Source: Armatimonadota bacterium (lineage in GTDB: Bacteria; Armatimonadota; HRBIN16). Taken from it: a DNA stretch of 64,000 bases. How positions within the stretch are numbered: position 1 is the stretch's first letter; each line of letters begins with the position of its first letter. The DNA lies in assembly GCA_963677485.1 (NCBI GenBank), contig OY781964.1, positions 288,001-352,000 on the forward strand, in the 5' to 3' direction. The notes beneath the pieces are model-generated. The model searched no databases, had not been told where the DNA came from, and worked only from the letters and a program-made list of their open reading frames with translations. Position numbers and translations under genes: made by a program. Below, one piece after another: positions 56,871-64,000 of the stretch.

Positions 56871-58918
56871 TTAGAGGAAGCGGGAACAATCAAGACAGCC
56901 GGAAGGGCCCAGCAGAACCAGTCTGCACCAAGGTTTTGCCGTGCGTTCACGCCAAGACCAAGTTTGATCGTCTGACCAGCGTAGGCACTGAGATCAAAGC
57001 TGCGTTCCTGCCAGCCTCGCGTCGTCTGGGTACCCTTGGCGATCTGCTTGCCGTTGACCATCACAGACCAGTCCACACCATCAAGGCTGTCATTGGTGAA
57101 GCCAGTGGATGCCGTGAACACCAGTTTCTGCATCTTGGTGACTTTCGGCAGCTTCACCTCCATCGTGCCGTAACCGGTGCCCTCTTTCGGCGGATGGCTG
57201 TAGATGGCGCTCATGTGCGTCACGCCATCGGACACAAGCTCTTTGCGCCACTCCAGCCCGGGCTGCAGATTATCCAGCTTCGCGGTGTCGATCAGCAGAC
57301 TGAGATCCGTTACCAGGTTCTTACCCGCGAAAGCCGGTTTTGGCTTAGATCGGTCGATGTTCTTGGAGGGCAGAAGCTGCTGCCAGCTCTTGGCACCCAG
57401 CACCGGCAGCAGATACGCCAGCTTCTGGTCAGCCTCAGGAGTGCCAGACAGCCGGAACGCCTCCCAACTGGGCAGTTTACGACCGAGTTTACCCGTGCTG
57501 GGATTATCAACGTCAGGGAAGTCCCACACGCCCAGCCTCAAGCCGAACTCATCGCGCGCAGACACATGCCGGTGCAGATTGAACGCTACGATGCCGTTGA
57601 TGTGTGCCACCCGATAATACGCAGCCGCATAGGCCGCGGCCTGAAGCTGCTCACCCTCAGGCGTCGGGTCTGCGTTGAAGCCTTGCTCCGTCAATGCGAT
57701 TCGTCTCAGTTTGCCGTTGTATAAGAAACGCGGCTGCGACAGGAAGTCGGGAAGCACCTCCAGGTTCCTGAAGGTAATCTTGGGCGTATCATACCGAAGC
57801 AGTGCCTGATCGTCCTTCAGAAAGTTCGGCTTGAATAGGTCCTGCGGATAGGGATGGAAAGCCACGTCCCACGGGAAGTTGCCCTCCGCGTTCGAACGCT
57901 TCGCCAGACCTTCCAGCACCACATCGCCCTGCATGTCCACAGGTGCCGTCCAGTGATGCTCCATGCTGATGAACGCACGCAGGTCAGGATGCGTGTCGCG
58001 CAGCACCAAGTCGGTCACACGCACCGCCTTCATGTACTCGTCCAGGAAATGCTGGTCGGAGGGTCGGCCCATGTTATACCACGACCAGTGCGCCTGCACC
58101 TCGTTGCCCACGATGTAGCTGCTCACCCAGCCGTATTTACAGTCTGGACGGCTATACCGCTCCGCGAAGAATCCAATCACGGCGCGGTAGGCCTTCAGAC
58201 CGCGGTCGTTGGTGAGGTTGAACGCGCCCAGATGCATCGGCGCATTCGCCAGATCGGTCTCCGGGTGTATAAACGGGTTGCCGGGGTCGGGCTTATTAGG
58301 AATTGGGTTGTTGATCACCGCAAAGATATTGATACCCGCATCGGTCAGCTCTTTGAACTGCTGGTCAAACCCGCGGAATGTGTCCATATTGATGCTGTAG
58401 CGCTCACCATCGACCTCAATCACCGGCTCGCCGGGCTTCGCATCTTCCGGTGGTTTCAGCACGCCGATGAGGTTAATGTTGGTGGTGATGTGCTTCACAC
58501 CCAGCGTCACCAAATCATCGATCATCCATGGGCAACTCATGCCCTTTCTGGAGGCTGGCCAAGGCAACCGAAAGCCGCGGCTGTTCTCTGTGAATTCGGT
58601 GACATACCGCATTGCTGATGCCTTACCCGTTTTAGCATCCACCAGCCGGAATCGCCGATACAGCAGGTCTTCATCACGCTGCACACGCGGAAAACCAAGC
58701 TTCTGCTGGCCGGTTAGCTTGCCGTTCCAAACGGTCACGCCAGCGGAGTTCTGCCAGGGCTTCAACGCCTCCAGGCGATATAAACCGGGTTTATCCGTCT
58801 TCGCCGTGATGGTGATTACAGATTTACTGGCCTCAGACTTGACGATCACAGCAGCATCTGCCAATCCTGTCAGACTCGCACATAGAACGGCCGCCATGGC
58901 CGCAGTTCGCAAATTCAT
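56867..58918 (-). CDS. Secreted DUF5722-type GH-A hydrolase with C-terminal beta-sandwich, paralog A
   Basis: Signal peptide, LGVKHITTNI, AERYS, YIVGNEV, VAFHPYP, ITFRNLEVL and IALTEQGF. Confidence 0.8.
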   Translation of the reverse strand: MNLRTAAMAAVLCASLTGLADAAVIVKSEASKSVITITAKTDKPGLYRLEALKPWQNSAGVTVWNGKLTGQQKLGFPRVQRDEDLLYRRFRLVDAKTGKASAMRYVTEFTENSRGFRLPWPASRKGMSCPWMIDDLVTLGVKHITTNINLIGVLKPPEDAKPGEPVIEVDGERYSINMDTFRGFDQQFKELTDAGINIFAVINNPIPNKPDPGNPFIHPETDLANAPMHLGAFNLTNDRGLKAYRAVIGFFAERYSRPDCKYGWVSSYIVGNEVQAHWSWYNMGRPSDQHFLDEYMKAVRVTDLVLRDTHPDLRAFISMEHHWTAPVDMQGDVVLEGLAKRSNAEGNFPWDVAFHPYPQDLFKPNFLKDDQALLRYDTPKITFRNLEVLPDFLSQPRFLYNGKLRRIALTEQGFNADPTPEGEQLQAAAYAAAYYRVAHINGIVAFNLHRHVSARDEFGLRLGVWDFPDVDNPSTGKLGRKLPSWEAFRLSGTPEADQKLAYLLPVLGAKSWQQLLPSKNIDRSKPKPAFAGKNLVTDLSLLIDTAKLDNLQPGLEWRKELVSDGVTHMSAIYSHPPKEGTGYGTMEVKLPKVTKMQKLVFTASTGFTNDSLDGVDWSVMVNGKQIAKGTQTTRGWQERSFDLSAYAGQTIKLGLGVNARQNLGADWFCWALPAVLIVPASSK

Positions 58919-58964
58919 CTGGTTCTCCCTGTGTTGAATAATACATAAGTGGTACGTCCCCTCA

Positions 58965-60593
58965 TCAAGCGGGTGTTCCTGTGAGAATCAGCACCCAGTC
59001 CTGCAGAACGGGCATCAGCTTCCAGTCGCCCTTCCCGTATGAAAGCGACCATGTGCCCTGCTCATCAGGCTCCACAGCTCCCGATGCAAACACCGAACCA
59101 TCCACCGGGCTGACGAGTCGCCATTGGTAGTTGATGCCAGCTTCCAACTGCTTAATGGTCACGCTGGATGCCCACACCGGAGGCGTGTAGATCACCCTCA
59201 GCCGCTCATGAATGCCCGCGCAGACCGGAGCGAAATAGGACTCGATGCGGTCACTGACAGAGATGTGTGGTTCGCACCATTCAGGATGCGGCGCCATATT
59301 CCACCACTCTACGCCCTCAAGGATCCGCTTGCCCAGCGCCACATGCGTGGAGCCTGGCAACTGGTAGGCGTCTTCCCACGGAGTGTCGCCGTACGATATC
59401 CCATGCGGTGAGGGCCCGTATGGCTGCTGCCGTGTGTTCAGTTGCCACAGACCGTTAGCGCCATAGGTGTGCCCCGCCGCACCGCTGAGTATGCAGTCCC
59501 AGAACATATAACGCTGCACCTCTTGACGCGAGGCCTCGCCGATGCCCTCATAACTCACTTCGGAGTTGATCACGGGCATCACAGGCGTGGATTCATACGA
59601 CCCACGCACTTGATCTACCGTGTTCTTGAGGCTAAGCCAGTTCGCATGGCCTGTCTGAAGCATCTCCATGTCCAGCAGACTTGCGTCTTCCAACTGGTTC
59701 CGGCCGTTGTCGGTCGGATGAATAGTGATGATGTTCCCAAACGGGTCGGTCTGCTTCACGTAACGGGCGATCTCCGTCCAGCCCTGTTTGAGGAATTTGG
59801 CATCTTCCACCTTGTTTTCGGACAGGTAGAACGGCATCGTCGCTTCACCGGCGAGGCACCAGACCACCGGATAGGCTCCCCAGCGCGCGATGAGGTTACG
59901 CCAGTGGGCTTTCATGAACTCCAGACCGGTCAAACTTAGGTAATATCCCCAGCAGCCGACGATACACGGCACGATCCCCAGATCCACCAGGCATTGAATC
60001 CGCTGGTCGGCATATTCGTAGTAATCGGGATTGATGGCATCATAGCTTTCTGTCCATGGGAAGCCCGCTTCGTTGGCTCCACGGGCATCGAACGCCGGCA
60101 TATCCGGGTAGAGGCCAGCCACGATCTGCACCACATTGAAGCCCTTTTTCACGCGGTCAAGAGCCAGGGTTTGGAATCCGATCGGCCAGTCCAGCCGTTT
60201 GCACAGGCCCATCCACCAGGTATCTGCCATCCAGAAGAACGGTGTACCGTCCTCGTGGGTCAGGTAGCGCCTGCCAGCCTCCGTGCCGATGCGCCCGTGC
60301 TGCTTGATCGAGTGATCCCACTGGTGCTCGACGACCTCAAACCCGCCGCCGAACTCATCCATGTCATCGCCATCATACTGATTGCAGACGCAGCGATAAA
60401 AATAGATGCCGGGAACCGAGCTGCTGTAGCGAACTCCCCAAGACCGTCCACCTGCCCAGAAGGCTGGCACGATCTGATGACCCTTCGGTCCGCTGATCAC
60501 TAAGTCTATCTGAACGGCGCTCAGCGGCACACTAAACTCTTGAGAAAGGGTAAACCGCCGTTCCCATACCTCGTTACGTCTGATGGTCTCCAT
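58965..60593 (-). CDS. DUF5060/DUF4038 (apiosidase-like) glycoside hydrolase
   Basis: VPAFWAGGRSWGVR, DGTPFFWMADTWW, GFNVVQ, VVWCLAGE, ITIHP, QTGH, EVSYE and AGHTYGANGLWQ. Confidence 0.85.
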   Translation of the reverse strand: METIRRNEVWERRFTLSQEFSVPLSAVQIDLVISGPKGHQIVPAFWAGGRSWGVRYSSSVPGIYFYRCVCNQYDGDDMDEFGGGFEVVEHQWDHSIKQHGRIGTEAGRRYLTHEDGTPFFWMADTWWMGLCKRLDWPIGFQTLALDRVKKGFNVVQIVAGLYPDMPAFDARGANEAGFPWTESYDAINPDYYEYADQRIQCLVDLGIVPCIVGCWGYYLSLTGLEFMKAHWRNLIARWGAYPVVWCLAGEATMPFYLSENKVEDAKFLKQGWTEIARYVKQTDPFGNIITIHPTDNGRNQLEDASLLDMEMLQTGHANWLSLKNTVDQVRGSYESTPVMPVINSEVSYEGIGEASRQEVQRYMFWDCILSGAAGHTYGANGLWQLNTRQQPYGPSPHGISYGDTPWEDAYQLPGSTHVALGKRILEGVEWWNMAPHPEWCEPHISVSDRIESYFAPVCAGIHERLRVIYTPPVWASSVTIKQLEAGINYQWRLVSPVDGSVFASGAVEPDEQGTWSLSYGKGDWKLMPVLQDWVLILTGTPA

Positions 60594-60662
60594 GTTCGCA
60601 CCTCATCTCTCGATCTCGTTGTAGTGGTAGCTGTCACGCAAGGCGGTGTGGCGCCTGAACGA

Positions 60663-60760
60663 AGGGCGGTTCGCGAACCGCACCCTACCGACCCCTGGGC
60701 ACGCCAATCTCCCGATTGACATCTCCCTATCTGCGTCCATTCGCGTCCATCTGCGGTTCA
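60663..60760. repeat. Intergenic repeat mosaic
   Basis: GGGCGGTTCGCGAACCGCACCCTAC, CCTGGGCACGCCAATCTCCCGATTGAC and ATCTGCGTCCATTCGCGTCCATCTGCGGTT. Confidence 0.85.
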
Positions 60761-60785
60761 AAAGCCTCCGGGCACGCTTCTGTCA

Positions 60786-62846
60786 TTATCGTGGTTGAGC
60801 AGCCGCTGGTAGTTTCAATATAGCGGGCTTCATCCAGCAGAACCAGTCATAGCTCGGGTCCTTTCGTGCATTCACGCCCAGACCCAGGCGGATGCTTTGC
60901 CCTGCCCAGGTACTTAGGTCTATGCGCAACGGCTTCCATGCGCGGCTGGTCTGTGTTCCCTTGGCGACCTGCTTGTCATTCACCAGCACCACCCAGTCCA
61001 CACCGTCAATGGAGTTGGCCGAGAACCCGGTGGATGCCACGAACACAAGCTTCTGCTTCGTTGTGATTTTAGGCAGATTGATCACCATGGTTCCATATCC
61101 TGTGCCCGTCAGCGGAGGGTGGCTCAGTATCGCCTTCTGGAAGGTCACACTGTCGGTCACCAACTCTGGCCGCCATTCCAGCCCTGATCTCATATTCTGC
61201 AGAGTGGCTCGGTCCATGATCGTGCACAGGTCGACCACCAGGCTGTCAGCAGCATAGACAGGCTTGGGTGGCGTGCGGTCGATCTTGCTGGCGGGCAGAA
61301 GCTGCTTCCAACTCTTCACGCCTAACACCGGCAGCAGATATGCCAGTTTTTGCTCCGCGCCAGGAGTGCCGGATAGCCGAAAAACCTCCCAAATGGGTAA
61401 CTTACGGCCGTAGGGATTGGGTGAGTTATCCTCTGGCTTGTCATACAGACCGAGCTTCAGTCCGAAAAGAGTCTGATCAGATTTCGAGGAGACATGCTGG
61501 TAGAGGTTGAAGGCGTCAATCCCATCGATATGCGCCACGCGGTAGTAAGCCGCGGCATACGCGGCAGCCTGCACCAGTTCACCATTGGGATCGCTGGTGA
61601 CGTTAAATCCCTGCTCGGTGAGTGCCACTTTACGCCGCTGCCTACGATAGAGCATCCGCGGTTGAGCCAGATAGGCTGGCAGCACCTCCAGGTTCTTGAA
61701 GGTAATCTTGGGTGTATCGAACCTCAGCACAGCCTGATCATCTTTCAGGAAGTTGGGCTGGTACAGGTCCTGCGGGTAAGGATGAAAAGCCACACACCAC
61801 GGGAAGTCGCCCTCCATCCTGGCGCGTTTCGCCACACCCTCGATCACGGCGATCCCGGTCAGGTCTACAGGGGCACTCCAGTTATGTGTCATGCTGATCA
61901 GTGCGCGCAGGTCGGGATGGGTATCGCGTAAGGCCAAATCGGTCACCCGGACCGCCTTCATGTACTCGTCCAGGAAATGCGATTCCGAGGGCCGTCCCAT
62001 GTTATACCAGGACCGGTGCGCCTGCACCTCATTGCCGACCACATAACTGCTGATCCAGCCGTATTTACAATCGGGTCGGCTATAACGCTCAGCAACAAAA
62101 CGCATCACTGCCCGATACGCCTTCCAGCCGCTCTCATTGGCGATATTGATCGCGCCATAACGCAGTGGAGCGTTGGCCAGATCGCTCTCTGGGTGTATGA
62201 GTGGATTGGTGGGATCAGGCTTCAATGGCATGAAGTTGCTGATCACCGCGATGCAGTTAATGCCAGCATCGGTCAGCTCCTTGATCTGCTGATCGGTGCT
62301 TCGTAATGCTTCCAGGTTGATGCCGTAACGCTCATTATCTACCACGACCACGGGCTCACCGGGCAGCACCGCATCGGGTGACTTCAGAACGCCCGTGATC
62401 ACCATGTTCACGGTCGCATGCCTCACACCCAGCGTCTTTAGGTCGTCCACCATGCGGGGAAGACTCATGCCTTTCTTCTCTTTCGGCCAGATGATCCGAA
62501 AACCACGGCTGTTCTGCGTGAAGTCGGTGACATACAGGTTGTTCGATGCGTCTCCTGTCCTGTTGCTTACCAGACGGAAACGCTGGTAGAGCAGGTCTTC
62601 GCCATCTAGAATTCGCTTGAACCTGATCTTCTGTTGGCCGCTCAGCTTGCCGTTCCAAACCGCTATGACCCCGAACGTCTCCCAAGGCTTCAAGGCCTCG
62701 AGACGATAATATCCAGGTTTGGCAGATTTGGCCGTCACCGTGATCATCGACTTACTGGCCTCAACCTTTAGCAGTTCCGCCGCACCAGCACCACAGCTTA
62801 TACATATAATGAATGCGATCGAGACCGTTATCAATGAACTCTTCAT
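60786..62846 (-). CDS. Secreted DUF5722-type GH-A hydrolase, paralog B
   Basis: Collinear with 56867..58918 (AERYSRPDCKYGW, VGNEVQAH, AFHPYPQDL, ALTEQGFN). Confidence 0.8.
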   Translation of the reverse strand: MKSSLITVSIAFIICISCGAGAAELLKVEASKSMITVTAKSAKPGYYRLEALKPWETFGVIAVWNGKLSGQQKIRFKRILDGEDLLYQRFRLVSNRTGDASNNLYVTDFTQNSRGFRIIWPKEKKGMSLPRMVDDLKTLGVRHATVNMVITGVLKSPDAVLPGEPVVVVDNERYGINLEALRSTDQQIKELTDAGINCIAVISNFMPLKPDPTNPLIHPESDLANAPLRYGAINIANESGWKAYRAVMRFVAERYSRPDCKYGWISSYVVGNEVQAHRSWYNMGRPSESHFLDEYMKAVRVTDLALRDTHPDLRALISMTHNWSAPVDLTGIAVIEGVAKRARMEGDFPWCVAFHPYPQDLYQPNFLKDDQAVLRFDTPKITFKNLEVLPAYLAQPRMLYRRQRRKVALTEQGFNVTSDPNGELVQAAAYAAAYYRVAHIDGIDAFNLYQHVSSKSDQTLFGLKLGLYDKPEDNSPNPYGRKLPIWEVFRLSGTPGAEQKLAYLLPVLGVKSWKQLLPASKIDRTPPKPVYAADSLVVDLCTIMDRATLQNMRSGLEWRPELVTDSVTFQKAILSHPPLTGTGYGTMVINLPKITTKQKLVFVASTGFSANSIDGVDWVVLVNDKQVAKGTQTSRAWKPLRIDLSTWAGQSIRLGLGVNARKDPSYDWFCWMKPAILKLPAAAQPR

Positions 62847-63054
62847 TCCTCACCCTTTCGTAGAGCCAAAACTGAAGACAGCACAATTGGTATGACGTCG
62901 ATCCTGCCATTTTTCGGTGCTTAGTGTGCTTTCCGTTGATACTATTCTACCCTGTGATCCGCCTCATTCCCATAGAGCATGAAGGCGTGATTGAACTCCA
63001 TAGCCAAATCGGCGTAATATCAATCAGGACTAAGTTTTTATAAGGAGCGGGATC

Positions 63055-64000
63055 ATGGCCACACGACTCGGTTTCATAACCGCACTCGCGATGCTTGCCG
63101 TCTGTTGGCCGTCGCCTGCGCGATCCCAACCCGATAGCCAAACACCAAATACTACCCAAACAAAGAGGATACAAATGCGAGTCTGGACCAACACCGAGTC
63201 AAATGGTGCCATCCACGCCATGGGGAATGGCGAGATGGTTGTATACGGTCAGGGCGCGAACCTGACAAACATATACGGCCCTCCATATAGTGCTCCAAAC
63301 ACTCTATCCCTCACGACCGAAGGTTCGGAGCAGCTGCAAGACACAGCAGTACGTGAGATGGGCACATCCATCTGGAACCACAAGACCTCTGTCGCTGGTC
63401 AGCCAGCCGTTGACTACACCGAGTTTGTGGCCTCGGACATGGCAGCATATATCCGCCTGTTCGATTGTAAATCCGAGGGTGTCCGCTGGGTTCTGCACCC
63501 GCATCCTGCCGCTAAATTCACCCAGTGCGCTCTGGTTCCGGGTGTCTGGCAGCAGATCATCAAAGCGGGCCAGAATGCCTATAACTACCCCACTAACCTG
63601 TGGTCCTTTCACCGCATCGTGCCTCAGGGCTCCTGCAAGACCGAGCTTAGCCCGAACGGCGATCTGGTCATCAGCATCCTGCCCGGAAAAGGCAGCCTGG
63701 CGGTGGTCGGAGCCTCCACGTACCCGGATGCGGTCACGGAGACCGAGAAGCTGATGAAGCTAGGTGCTGCAGCCTATCTGGAGCCCACCCACGCCCACTG
63801 GAAGGCCTTCACCGAGCGCCGTCTGGCCGCCAAGCCGGAGCTCAAGAAGCTGCCCGCCGATATGGCCGAGGTAGTGGATAGCATCGCCACGCTGATCAAA
63901 TCGCAACAGTCCAATGACGGCGGCGTGATGGCAGGCCATTACTACGCTCTTGCCTATGTTCGCGACCAGTATGGCACCGCCAAAGGTATGCTGAGCATCG
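63055..64000 (+). CDS. Secreted GH15/glucoamylase-like (six-hairpin) protein, runs off the window end
   Basis: Not in the ORF track. RBS AAGGAG, ATG 63055, signal peptide MATRLGFITALAMLAVCWPSPARS; open to the end with LIKSQQSNDGGVMAGHYYALAYVRD, resembling the GH15 Y-x-W-x-R-D segment. Confidence 0.7.
   Translation, partial: MATRLGFITALAMLAVCWPSPARSQPDSQTPNTTQTKRIQMRVWTNTESNGAIHAMGNGEMVVYGQGANLTNIYGPPYSAPNTLSLTTEGSEQLQDTAVREMGTSIWNHKTSVAGQPAVDYTEFVASDMAAYIRLFDCKSEGVRWVLHPHPAAKFTQCALVPGVWQQIIKAGQNAYNYPTNLWSFHRIVPQGSCKTELSPNGDLVISILPGKGSLAVVGASTYPDAVTETEKLMKLGAAAYLEPTHAHWKAFTERRLAAKPELKKLPADMAEVVDSIATLIKSQQSNDGGVMAGHYYALAYVRDQYGTAKGMLSI

Noticed and set aside
62947-63754. Small ORFs 62947..63174, 63030..63221, 63290..63754 and 63304..63612
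   Set aside because: They overlap the better-supported plus-strand gene from 63055, which has an RBS, a signal peptide and an open frame to the window end.

Overview
A GC-rich bacterial chromosomal window. The gene mix (DUF6785/6784-type transporter, DUF5722 and DUF4038 hydrolases, stand-alone URO-D family, futalosine menaquinone genes) suggests an Armatimonadota/PVC-like heterotroph; this is inference only. Most of the window is housekeeping (glycerate kinase, tRNA-Arg, mqnP-like/mqnA, panD, folK, nfeD-stomatin, cdaA-cdaR) and carbohydrate catabolism (GH42, propeller GH, GH5-like, two DUF5722, DUF4038, GH15-like, aldolase-sorE-like-srlD). I found no integrase, transposase, phage gene or CRISPR array. 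Six things stand out. (1) An orphan three-gene operon at 52.4-55.4 kb: a coiled-coil/winged-helix-like protein, a Walker-A-less BrxD-like pseudo-ATPase and an intact BrxD-like ATPase, with no BREX or helicase genes. (2) A 7-kb tandem array at 32.6-39.5 kb of eight divergent membrane + PH-like modules whose 3' DNA ends are strongly conserved. (3) A DUF488-DUF488-dual-OB cassette next to panD. (4) A 4 x 232-bp structured non-coding tandem array, with a rearranged relative 20 kb away. (5) Intergenic mosaics of 8/9/10-nt triplet micro-repeats and REP-like hairpins throughout the window. (6) A small secreted three-repeat CxxC protein resembling a PHF5/Rds3 zinc knot. All family assignments come from motif recognition by eye; no searches were run.
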